Shown: positions 52,286-63,631 of the stretch, one piece after another
Layout: each line of letters starts with the position of its first letter
Numbering within the stretch: position 1 is the first letter of the stretch
DNA from: Podarcis liolepis
Taxonomy: Eukaryota
NCBI GenBank assembly: GCA_965112155.1
Contig: OZ218101.1
Reading direction: 5' to 3' (one strand)
Length of the DNA: 64,000 bases
Program-made: the position numbers and the translations under genes
The notes under the pieces: generated by a model
What the model was told of the DNA's origin: nothing
Seen by the model: the letters and a program-made list of their open reading frames with translations, nothing else
The model's database searches: none

Positions 52286-55200
52286 CTGTTTGGTGGAAAA
52301 AAAGATGTGTTTAAAATCAAAATAGATTATTTTGACAGGGAAATATATAAGATCCAGGCTCTGGAATAAATCATATGAAATTACTAAGATTGTGACACTG
52401 TCTTGTGCTCTACTTGGTATATTCTTCTTATTGCTTTAAAATGATAGTATCTCTTATGCCCACTTGGACATAAAACAAAAAAGTATAACTTTGTTCTATA
52501 ACAATTAAATTGCATTGTAGGTACATACTAAAGGCTTCTTCATCAGGGTTACAATTCTCATCCCTATGAAAACTAAATATAACTATAGAAACAATTAAAT
52601 GTGAACAAAAAGGGGGGTTTATAGTAGAATAATTGTTTTTTTAAATAGTTTTTTTTATTTAAAAAAGCATGATAAATACACACCACTCTGAAGCAAGTAT
52701 ATGAAATGTAATAATCTTAGTGATTTTTACAACAAGTATTTTTGTCTGTTATTTCCAACAAGAACCAGCGATTGGTGAAATTCCTCCAATGCAAATTTCA
52801 ACCCTTTACACCTCATGATAGAGTAGGCTCATAAGATACCAAATGTCTTGCACAATACTGACCAATGCAATGTCACACAAAACAACTCATATCCTACACA
52901 CTGAGATGAGCTAATTTAGACCAATTCAAACCAATTTATGAGGAAATTGTTGGAAATGAATATCTGCTAGTGGATGAACTGCTAAACAATTACCAGAGAG
53001 AACAGCTATACCAGGAAATATCTGGCAGCTTTCTTTCTCATCAAGATGAATATTAGGGACCATTACTACAAAATGTGGGAGGAAAATCTGTCAGAAGATT
53101 TTATCTAGACCACATTTTAATCAAATCAGCAATTCACTCTCTCTCTATTCCCTAGAAGTACAAGGCTAAAGCTGGATATATCTTCTGTCCAAGAACATAA
53201 AGTCTGTAATTCCATTAATGTTACAAATAGTATTTTTGTTAACTGAAAATGAACAGATGTGGTAAAAGCAAGAAACTGTATGCAATTTGGCTTTTTCCTC
53301 ATACTCTCATTTACTGTGTAGGCGACTTTATCCACCAGCAGTTAACATGAATGCGGAGAGGAGTATGACAAGCACATGGGGACACTCCCAATCTTGCAGC
53401 ACGCTCTGCCCAACATTATTTATTGAGATATTTATGGAAGGAGAGGACAGATACACCAAGGAGTTCACATAGAAGACAACAGTCTCTTTTGCATGTCCCT
53501 TTCTTCTCCACCTTGATCTTGGGGTGATGGGGCAGGGTAGCGTCAAAGGTTTGATTTAAACATGAAGCTGGGCATGTAAGAAAAACCTACCCATGCAGTG
53601 CTCCATGTGCCTGGTGTCTCATTTAAAATGGGTTGCCTCGCCTGAAGGTGCAGCATTAACACTCTAGAGATCTATTGTCTAGGTGGACACATTCTGGCAT
53701 ATAGACACATAGATAAATTCTTGGTCTTCTACTCAACATGCTTAAAAAGGGGTGGAATATAGTGAAATAAAGCCTCTATGTGACTCTTCCTCTGCTTTCA
53801 CTCTTGTCCATTACCAAAATGGGAAATAGAAGATAAAAGGGGTGGGTATGGGGTTAGAAAAGTAGAAGGAAGAAAAGTCTCCTCCTTGCACCCTTTTCAG
53901 TCAACCCTAGGAGAAATTAACAGGGTTTGTAATGGAAAGAGGGGGGTGCACACTTCAGGAGGCAGATTTAGCCCATGTGATTGCCGGTTGACAATTCATA
54001 CTTGACATTGTATAATAAAGTATTATAAAGTTTACAATCAGTCAGTTAATCAGATGCATATTAATTATTAGTACACACACATACTTTCATGTATGTTCAA
54101 AATAAAATAAAATTTCTAGAAATTGGACAAGTCTAGCTACTGTGATTAAACACAAGCACAGTTGGTTTATCAGAGATGGACAAAGCAAGCCCACAAATGG
54201 TATGGAATAACCCACCCAGTAGAATATTTTATGTATGCATAATAAGGCTGCTGATAAGGAAAGATGCAAACTATCTAACATGCTATAGAGAAGAGGAGAC
54301 AGAGAGGCACTATTTTATTGCTATTATGGCTGTACTGCATTTACAAAATGTAAAGAGAATTAATAAAATTTGACATTATGCTTCTGGGGGGAAAGGACAC
54401 AAACATATTGAAAATGGTTCACCAATTAATGTATATAAAGTTAATTGATTTTTTTTAAATTTAGAGCACGGTCCAGGTAGAGCACATGCATTGCAGACAA
54501 AAAGGTGGTAAAGATGGTTGCATTGCCAGTCAGTGCAGACAATGTTGAGCTAAGCTGTCTTGGTACATGGCAGATTTGTATTTTCCCAATAGTTGACTAG
54601 TTATTAAATCAAACCTAAGGTTCTATCTTTATGCCTGTCATATCCATTGCCTTCCACGCCATCTTGATTTCAAGTTAGCAATATATTTTATTTCATTACC
54701 AAGTTGTGACTCCTTTTCTATAATTAGAAAAATCACTTTTGGTCACAGACTTCTGTTCTCTGCCATAAGATTGCTTAACCTTAAGAAATTAGCCCACATA
54801 AAATATTAAGACTGCTTCTATAATATCTGCAGTTTTCAAGGGATTTAAAGTGGTTTCATGTGGCTGGTTTTACTTCCCCTTACCCAATTTATTATTTTGT
54901 TTCTTCAGATAAACTGAAAGGTATTTTAAGTAATAAAGGAAGATAGAGATTTTATTTTATTTTATTTATTTTATTGTATTTTATTTATTTATTTCAAACC
55001 ATAGCCTCTAGGTGAATATGATGTCCAACAGGAAACAATAGAACCCACTGTCAACATAAATCTTTAGCAAAAAAAACTGAATTTATCCTAATCAATAGTA
55101 TAGTCGTTATGGAGCCCAGGAAATATTAGGGACTTATTCAAATGATCATTGATGCATCCTTAGGAGATTATTTTTAAAAAAGTAAAGAAAATAGTTGTTT

Positions 55201-55599
55201 GAGGAAAATAATGGGATTGAACTAGAACAGATTTATTAACTTGGTCACATCTGCTTATCAAAGTCTTTGTAAGACTTCCTTGAAAATCACAACAAATTAT
55301 GTTTTGCAGTACAATCATTATTGATGTCTGAAAGCCAGCATTTTCACATAAGGGAAGGGTTTTTAAAATTCAAAATATAAACTGTGCATTAATCTTAAAA
55401 TTCTTCTAATATATTCCACCCAATTCCAGAAATCTGTGTTTCATTTTGGCTAATGTATCCTTTCTTACAAATACAATTAATGAAAGTTACGTACTTCAGA
55501 AATGTTCTTAAAATGTGAAGCAAAAGTTGACAGACACAAAGCTAAGGAATGAAGGATGTGGCGATATTCTTTAATTTATTTCATTTTATATGAGATTAT

Positions 55600-55682
55600 G
55601 GCTCCAATCCTATACAGTTTCCTGGGAGTAAATCCCACTGAATTCAATGGGGATTACTTCTGAGTAGACTATATAGGATTGT
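55600..55682. repeat. Best-preserved copy of a dispersed ~85-90-bp palindromic repeat
   Basis: CAATCCTATA...AGTAAATCCCACTGAATTCAATGGGGATTACT...TATAGGATTG. Related copies at about 476-555, 4941-5018, 10806-10883, 29415-29495, 33545-33633 and 48598-48683. Confidence 0.7.
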
Positions 55683-56178
55683 ACAAGCATGTAACTATCC
55701 AGTATCAATGATTGCATAACTCAATAACTATTTATGGGATATCTAATCTGCTTTACTAAGAAGTTAACTAAAAGTAGTAAAGATGATGAGTCATTTATGG
55801 TATGATAAAAATAGCACTATAGGGGCTTACAGTATTCATGTTGTTCCTTCAAGGTTACAGCACAACCTTCACATACATTTAATGAGTTTATATTAGGGTC
55901 ATATAATAATTTTATGTCAGCATAAGGACAGATAAAATAAACCTAAAAACATGAATTTGCTGCAAAATAAATGTGACCTTTTAAAGATGATATTATTATG
56001 CACATCTGTATTCCAGTAAGTAGTTTTGCAAGAAATGGGTTGCAAATTATGCTTCCTAACCCCAGTGGCTGAAAATTCTAGAAATCATCATCTTTGAGGA
56101 AAAAGCCAACCAAATTAAAGGAATCATACTGACCACTTGAATGATAAAGGTATTTAAACTAAAGTCCACAAGACTCAC

Positions 56179-56340
56179 CTGTGCTTCTTGAGGTACTTGT
56201 GCTGCATCAATTCTGTCGGCAATATAACCAGTTAACTGTCGATCAATGAAAGCAAGAGACTCTTGAATTAACTGAAGGGTTTTGTCAATCTCTTGTGCAG
56301 AGTGGATACTTTGTTCAAGAACCTTTTGTCTCCTCACAGC
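56179..56340 (-). CDS. DMD: Dystrophin exon 30 (162 nt): AVRRQKVLEQSIHSAQEIDK...AAQVPQEAQ
   Basis: Acceptor atttttcag|GCT, donor CAG|gtgagt; phase 0/0. Confidence 0.96.
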
Positions 56341-56431
56341 CTGAAAAATAAAGGGAAAAGAGTATTAGCCATTCAATTTTTCTTTAATGCTGTTAAAAAC
56401 ACACAGAAATTTCATACTGATACACAACCAC

Positions 56432-56470
56432 CTTTTTGTAAGATAAATTTCGTCTTTTTTTGCCAGCCAT
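56432..56470 (-). CDS. DMD: Coding part of the alternative first exon of the retinal isoform Dp260: MAGKKRRNLSYKK
   Basis: AAAATGG start context, 13 codons, donor AAG|gtggtt, then a 91-nt intron and in-frame junction to exon 30. Matches the recalled human Dp260 N-terminus MSARKLRNLSYKK (RNLSYKK identical) and its location in intron 29. Confidence 0.87.
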
Positions 56471-56820
56471 TTTGTTTTTTAAATAAATAACCACAAAAAG
56501 TCAAAATTCCCTAAAATTCCCTAAATAACCAAACCAATTAGTGAGGAATTCTATAGTGAGTAGAAGACTGCAAAACTAAGTCCTGCCATTAGATAGTTTT
56601 GTTCATTCTGAAGCCTCGGGCAGCTCCTGATCCCATTATATATGTCAGGAGATTTCCTTTGGTCAGAACAAAGTTGCCGTCATCATAGTCCACTTACAGA
56701 TAATCCACTGCAACAAGTGAGAGGGATGAAAGTGCTGTTTATAAAACAAACTCTCACATAGGATATAAATAGTTTCTTAGAGCCTGGATTAAATGGTAGT
56801 AGGAATGATTAGAACTCTTA
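56471..56820 (-). promoter_or_regulatory. Putative Dp260 5'UTR/promoter with K50 homeodomain (CRX/OTX2-type) sites
   Basis: TAATCC at 56701-56706, GGATTA at 56786-56791, TGATTA at 56806-56811, and AT-rich TTTATAAA at 56738-56745, all directly upstream of the Dp260-like ATG. The TSS cannot be determined from sequence. Confidence 0.5.
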
Positions 56821-58842
56821 AATTTTGTCTTGACTCTTTATGGTTCACTCCTCCCCTTATTATAATATTTCTTAATGGTACAGCATTCAGCAAAAGGTTA
56901 CAAAAACTGGGGAAAGCAAGAGTCAGACTGTTCCTATTACTACTATAGCAAGTCACATTACTTTAAGCCTGCCCTATGACATTAGCGAAACCCCGCAATA
57001 TGGTTACTAAGACCTTCTTTGGTTTTACATTTTCCTTTGCCCCCCTTTTCATACTTAATAGTTTAAGATGATGACACATGCAATTTTCAGCTTAGTTTTT
57101 CACCTTCTTTCATATTCTGCCTTCTCATAATTTAGTTTTATCTGCATTGACTCTGCATTATTCATTCTTTTAATAGGCTATAAACCTAACATTTCTATTC
57201 ACTCAATAAACCTGGAGGTCAAGTCACACTACACATATTTCCAAGGCCATATGAAATGTAACCTTGAGGTCAAGGACTCGAAAGTAATGTTATGGAAAAA
57301 AAACTATTTTATAAAAGCATTCACCAACAGAAACAGAACAGCTGAATAGCCTTCATCATTTCTTTTCCTGTGACGGTTCAAAATGGAATGTAGTGAATAT
57401 GTCTTCACTCACATAGCAACAAATTGCTGTGTGCATTGTAAAACAAACATGGATTTCGGTGGTAATGGCGTTATGAGAGCTCACTTTTATATCTGTCTTA
57501 TATCCTGGGACACAGGACAGGATTACCTCAGCCACTTCAAATGTTCTGTCATACATCCACAGTGTATAAGGTACTAATAATGTGATTTAAAAAAACCATC
57601 TAGTTCCTTTGTAACCTTCCAATCAATAAACCACAGAAAAAGGATATATGACTCAATGAATATAGATCATTTTACATTTTAATGAGGGTGTTATAATAAT
57701 GCGGGTGTTTTTCAAAGGGAGAATATTTAATTACCAGTGTTTTTGATTCCTCCTGCCAGTTTTATCCACAATGAGGGAACACACTGGTCACAGAAGCATG
57801 CAGCAGTCGCACAAGTGTCAGGAGTTGGCCAACTCCTTTGTTAATGCTAATTAACCCAGAGAGTGATCATGTGGATTGTTGGCTGGCATCAGAGAGGAGA
57901 GCCTTTGGGGGGGTAAGAATTGTGAAGAGGGGTTATCAATGTCCTGTGTTATGCTAACTGATTATTAGGAGGGTTATGTGGAACTGAAGGGATTTGGATG
58001 TTCAAAAATAAGGGGGAAGATTAGTAAATTAAACTTGGTGCTTTGGCTCTTGGGAATTTGATGTTCTCATTTAAGTCTTCTGTGACCTGCCTGAAAATTA
58101 CAAATATTTATCTTTCCACATTCACTACCTTTGAGGTCAGCCTCCTTACATTCCAACCCCCACCCCCTGAACATAACAATTCACAGCTCAGGTTGTCAAA
58201 GAACTATTGCATGATTGCTTCCTGTGCAACCTGGTTGGTTGGGCAGAAAATGGGTATAAAACACTTTCTATCCCATGCTTTCTTTGCCCCCCCCCCTTTT
58301 CTGCTATCCCCTTGTTTGCTGATGCCTACCTTTACAGCAGTGCTGTGTGCAGACAATATTTCTTTGGGCGGGGGGAGGGGGCAGTCAAAGGCAGTAAGCA
58401 GGTATATGGAAATGCTAGCTAAGAAAGTATTATTTTTTCTTAGTCTGTGCTGATTCTGTACTCCAAGTGTTCTTAAACTGCTGATTTATTTTATTAGACA
58501 TCTTATAGTGCATTGGGTTTTAGGATACCTCTTTTGTTTTGTTTTCATTCCAAATAAATTTTGCTGCCTTCTAAAGTGAGGTTCACAAGGGAAAATAGTT
58601 TGTTTTTCCATTTGTTTTCATGTTAATATTCCATTTCTTTTGTTTTCTATTTATTGAATTTATTTCCATTTATTTAATTTAACGAACTTACAGACTTTTC
58701 AAGATATATTCATCCCAACATGGTTTACAAAGCAATGTACACCTATATATATACAGCACTATTTATACAACATAGATTGAGTCTTTAAGGCCCATTTAAA
58801 TTATATAAAGTCCTATGGGGCAGAGTTGGAATGCCCATAAGG

Positions 58843-59123
58843 CAGGGTGAAGCACCCACCTTAAGGAGGCAGAAGTGCAAGAGGCGGAGCTCCGTCCTCC
58901 CACTGGCTCCTGCTGCCAGCTGAAGGCCTTCCCTCTCACAGACAAGAGGGAGGCATTCTAGCATGTAGCACTGCCACTCGTCTTACCTGTCCCCAGACAG
59001 AGAAGCGAAGCACCTATGCATTGCGGAACGCCCCAGTGGCAGAAATGGTGGCAGGGGTGGGGGGAGGCAGGATGTGGCAACTCCCGTTTCAGCACAGGTG
59101 CCAAAATGGGACCAGCCACCCCT
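58843..59123. mobile_element. Degenerate GC-rich hAT-like element
   Basis: CAGGGTG / CACCCCTG termini and a GC-rich interior in AT-rich context; TSD not convincing. Confidence 0.45.
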
Positions 59124-59276
59124 GCCACTGGGGATAAATCAGGTTTACATCTAAGCTACGCTCTACTTCCATTCTGCCCCATCTTCATCGTGAAACGGGG
59201 CTGCCAAATTTAAAGGAACTGACCATTCACTTTTAATCCGGAAAGTGTCTTTCTTACCTACTCTGAGAGCTTTGGG

Positions 59277-59393
59277 TGTGGGTCCAGAATTGGCCTCCAC
59301 AGTCACTTACAGACTCATTGTTAAAACCGTGTTTATGGAAGACAATCTTACTCGGTTACGAGTGATCGCCAAAGAAGAAGAAGAAGAAGAAGA
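59277..59393 (+). mobile_element. 5'-truncated RTE-clade LINE 3' end
   Basis: Translation CGSRIGLHSHLQTHC* resembles the RTE C-terminal zinc-knuckle region; short 3'UTR and (GAA)n tail. Confidence 0.8.
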
Positions 59394-59669
59394 CATGTAT
59401 GTAGATTTCCTAGAAAAATTGATACCAGGTAGTCCCTCTTATACACATATAAAAAGACACAAAACACATATACAGAGAGCTGCTTCTGTTAATCGGTCCC
59501 TTCCAAAGCTGTCACAACTTTTGCTGGTTTCTTCTTGCGTCAACACTGTTGTCCGCATCTTTACAACACAGTATTTTATAAGACAGGTAACTTTACCTTT
59601 CAGCTCTCCTGTTAAACACAGTGTTTAAGAGAAAAGTATGGGGGAAGGAAATTATTTCTTAAAAAGTAC

Positions 59670-59819
59670 CTCTTGTTGTAGCTCTTCCCACCGAGTATTG
59701 AACTTCTCCAGTTTTTCATTGATCAGTTCATCCAGAACTCCACCATCAGTTAAGGTCTGTGCCAACTCACGAATCTGATTGCGGTTATCTTCTGGGTGTT
59801 GCATTAATGTTCCCAGAGA
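59670..59819 (-). CDS. DMD: Dystrophin exon 29 (150 nt): [50 protein letters not shown]
   Basis: Acceptor atgtttcag|TCT, donor GAG|gtactt; not in the ORF track, translated by hand. Confidence 0.95.
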
Positions 59820-60755
59820 CTGAAACATCCATAAACTGTATTACTTGTTTTTGCCATTCCCCTTACACCAAACAAAGGAGCCTTCAAAGCTCTTGTTAAA
59901 ATAAAAGAAGCAATAAACCTTACATTTCCATTAAAATAGAAGAATATTCATGAGAAAAATAAAGCTCATCACTGCAACATTTTCTGGCACAAATTATCTG
60001 AAATGTGACTAGGCAAACATTAACAAAGGCTTAGATACCACATCAACATAATAAACAGTGTGGCTATAATGTATGCTACCTTGCTGAATTGACCATCAGC
60101 ACAACCAACCAATTCAGGTAACTAGAAACTATTGAATTTGTGATGCTACTCCTTCATTTTTTAAAACAAGAATTGTCAATGTTTTTTAATAACTGGAGTG
60201 ATTCTGGGACCTTTGAAAAAGACTTTTTAAGGCTTTTATTAAAACCTTGGGTCTGTCAGACATCTCTGCAGCAAAACGAGGGAAATATGATAAATGTAAG
60301 GATCTAATTGTAGAGTACAAAAACCTGCAATCCTACCCAAGATTGCTTCGAAGTAATTGCCACTGGATTTGCTTATATAGAGATGTGGATGTCTGTATAA
60401 GTTATTTGGGAGGACATGTGAAGCTGGCTTCACAGGCACCAGACAAAGCATAAGTTTATAAAGCATTTGAATTAAACATCTTTGTTTTTGTTGAGAAGAC
60501 TACATTATTCTTTGTGACAGCTCCAATTCCATTCTAAGAACGCTGTGGCCTATCTGAACCCTGTGTGCTCATATCTTCCTTTAGTACATAGCAATGATAA
60601 TAATAATTGAAAATCTAATGGAACACAATTCATGGAAAATATACATATGGGTGCATAGATCACAGCACACATTGAAGAATATTATGCTTTGATTTAACAT
60701 AGAAACTTTTTATTGGAAAGGTCTGTGTGTTCCTAACCAGAACGTCAGTACTTAC

Positions 60756-60890
60756 ATCTAGTGCTTCTGAGATCTCTTCTGTGCCTTCTTGAATATTTTC
60801 TGTTGCCCTGAGTTTTGATTCTACCTCATTCAACCATTTGTTTTCAACATCCAAGTATAACAATAATTCACGCCAACATGCCCATACCTC
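60756..60890 (-). CDS. DMD: Dystrophin exon 28 (135 nt): EVWACWRELLLYLDVENKWLNEVESKL...EISEALD
   Basis: Acceptor attcatcag|GAG, donor GAT|gtaagt; phase 0/0. Confidence 0.95.
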
Positions 60891-61077
60891 CTGATGAATG
60901 AGTTTATAAAAATAAATGAATTTTAATACAGAAATGCTTGAATTTTTTTAAAACATTTTTTTTTTTTGCAAATAAAACGACCTATAACTTATGCTGTTTT
61001 ACCAGGACATGTGTTATTGTGTTACCTATATAAATGCCACAAAAAAGTAAATAAAATCAGGTCATTTCAAAATTCTA

Positions 61078-61306
61078 CAGTGGTACCTCTGGATGCGAAC
61101 GGGATCCGTACTGGAGCCCCATTCGCATCCAGAAGCGAACGCAACCTGTGTCTGCGCGGGTCATAATTCACTGCTTCTGCGTAAGCATGTGACGTCATTT
61201 TGACCGTCTGCGCATGCGCGAGCGACGACTCCATTACTTCCGGGTCGCTGCAGCACGCAACCCGAAAATACTTATCCCGAAACTACTTCAACCCAAGGTA
61301 TGACTG
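61078..61306. mobile_element. Tc1/mariner (Tigger-like) MITE
   Basis: TA TSD on both sides; TIR CAGTGGTACCT / AGGTATGACTG; CpG-rich interior. Confidence 0.85.
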
Positions 61307-61657
61307 TATATTAAAGTAGTAAGAAAGAACAAAATAATGGTTTTCTTTAAACTGTACCATGAAGTTACGGGAATATATTTAATAATCCTAGGAAAGTGGC
61401 ATAATTTTTAGGATATATTTTAATCCACTTAGTAATAAACAAAAAAAAAATTCAATTCTGATTAAGATAAACATGGAAACCATGCTGGCTGGGGTTGATG
61501 AGAATAGTACTCTAAAACAGCTGGAGGGCACCAGCTTGCAGTAGGCTATATTAAAGACTTATGAGGGTAAACATTGATTCACGACATCTGTCCATTAGCT
61601 GATATCTTTTCTGTTACACTTTGGAATGCTCTAATGTTACCAGGAGAAGGAACTGAC

Positions 61658-61840
61658 CTCCAACGTTTTGCACTTTCCATTTAGCCTACTGCAGAGTCGC
61701 TGGTAGTTCCTAGTAAGAACATCAAGTTCCTTTTTTAAGGCCTCATGAGCTGCAGGTGGAGCCCTTGCTATAAAATTGTTCACCGACTCTGTGAGAAGCC
61801 TCACTTTCACATCTTTCTGTGTTGCCTCTTCTTTTGCTCT
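61658..61840 (-). CDS. DMD: Dystrophin exon 27 (183 nt): RAKEEATQKDVKVRLLTESV...CSRLNGKCKTLE
   Basis: Acceptor tattttcag|AGA, donor GAG|gtcagt; phase 0/0. Confidence 0.95.
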
Positions 61841-62045
61841 CTGAAAATACATAAATGTATAATAATCCATTATGATACCTGAAAATAAAGCAGTGAATAC
61901 TGGGGTGAAAACACTGCATTGTTTGAAAAGAACATAATATAATTTGCCTGATTTTCCATGCCACAAAGCAGTAGTTAAAAAGATGAGCGATCAGCTCAGT
62001 AGCCCCTCGGCTCAAATTTCACTGCTCCATATTCATGTTGTAGAG

Positions 62046-62181
62046 CAGACATAGGCAAACTCGGCCCTCCGGATGTTTTGGGACTACAACTCCCATCATC
62101 TCTGACCACTGGTCCTGTTAGCTAGGGGTGATGGGAGCTGTAGTCCCAAAACATCTGGAGTGCCGAGTTTGCCTATGCCTG
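62046..62181. mobile_element. Near-palindromic hAT-type MITE
   Basis: Arms of about 50 bp are inverted copies (CATAGGCAAACTCGGC...GATGTTTTGGGACTACA); perfect TSD TTGTAGAG. Confidence 0.9.
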
Positions 62182-63460
62182 TTGTAGAGGCTCATATTTT
62201 CAAGGCAAGCATTAAGACCCCCTCCACTTCCTCTTCCTCCCCACCTATTCAAGATCTGGCATGCTCCTTTCCTCACTGTCCTCATTATTTGGTAATGGCT
62301 ACTGCTCTGGGGTTAATCAGCCAAGGCCTGGTTGAAGAGAAATGTTTCTGCCTGATGCCTAAAGGTGTATAATGAAGCTGCCAGCCAAGCCTTCCTGGGG
62401 AGAGCATCCTACAAACATGGAGCCACTGCAGAAATGGCACGTTCTTGCATTCTCAGGTGTACTTGATATGGGGTGTATAGCTTTGAGTTTTCATTTTGCT
62501 TTGCTGTCTTAAGTAATATAATCACATACCATGCACACTCTTTGTGCATCTTTCTGTGGCCTTACCTCAGCTACATAGCAGGCTTTCCTTGAAATGGGTG
62601 CCTGAATCTTTACAAGGCAACTTGTAGTGCTGCTGCAGTGACCCAGAGTAAAACTTGTAGGAAATATTGCAAAATACAGTGCTATTCCTCTTATTACAGC
62701 TATTGCTGTCCTTGCTTCTGGTTTAAAGAGCTGGACAAGGAAACAAGTCCCCACATTGCCAATATCTAAAATGGCACTAAATGAGGGTGCCAAACAGCTC
62801 TGGCTGTACTATTGCCAATATGCACTAATATCCATATCAGATAAAACTGAGAAAACCCACAATATAGTCAAGGAATGAAATGAATCTATATTCAATGGGA
62901 ACATTTTCCTAAGTAACATCTCTAATTTATAGGGATACGTTAGCAAAACAGGGACTTGTCACTTGTTCTATATGTTGTGGGAAAGCAAAATGAAAGCACA
63001 AATTGTTGCTGAATGCAGCCTTCTTATTCCCATTTATGAGTGCCTACAATTTCTGAATTCCATCTGGGAGAAGTTACATTCAGAGGAATAATAGCCCAAG
63101 AATTATATACCATCTGATGCAATTATCATAGAAAAGAGAATGGAAACATATGAGAACAGGTGCAGAATTTGATGTGGGTACCCAGAAACAATAAGGACAT
63201 ATACAAATGCAACACTAAATCCAATTAAGCATGGGGGAAGGGAACTTATAGAAATGCAATTCTTTGATGAGTCAAAAAACTTATAACAGATGCTAAATTG
63301 AAGTGAAATTACTTTAAACCACCTATTGCTTCGAATTTAATAGTTCTCAAGTGAAGCTCAAATAGCCAGCTCTTTCAAATGAACAAACAGATTGTGTGTA
63401 ACAATAACTTCAAGAAGAAGATCAGATACAAATTAAACAAGTCACTTTGTATTTTGTTAC

Positions 63461-63631
63461 CTTCAGTTCCTCAACAGCTTTCTGTAATTCATCTGGTGTT
63501 TTATATTCAAAATCTCTCTCAAGGTACTCTTCTTCTGCTTGTGTAATCCACTCATGCATCTCTGATAAATCCTTTCGAAGACTCACAGTCTTATCCAAAC
63601 CACTTTTCAGAGCTGCCTTCTTAGCATAGGC
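63461..63631 (-). CDS. DMD: Dystrophin exon 26 (171 nt): [57 protein letters not shown]
   Basis: Acceptor ttctttaag|GCC, donor AAG|gtaaca; phase 0/0; translation matches dystrophin. Confidence 0.95.

Noticed and set aside
57100-57170. Short ATG-initiated minus-strand frames ending at AG|GTGAAA, considered as another first exon
   Set aside because: The ATG frames reach the donor in phase 1 or 2, which is incompatible with phase-0 exon 30, and the donor is weak.
59597-59608. 12-nt AG/GT-bounded microexon candidate after exon 29
   Set aside because: The upstream intron would be only 61 nt and the segment has an in-frame TGA; no supporting motifs.
59245-59628. 127 aa plus-strand ORF with a poly-Glu run
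   Set aside because: The poly-Glu is the (GAA)n tail of a truncated RTE LINE read in another frame.
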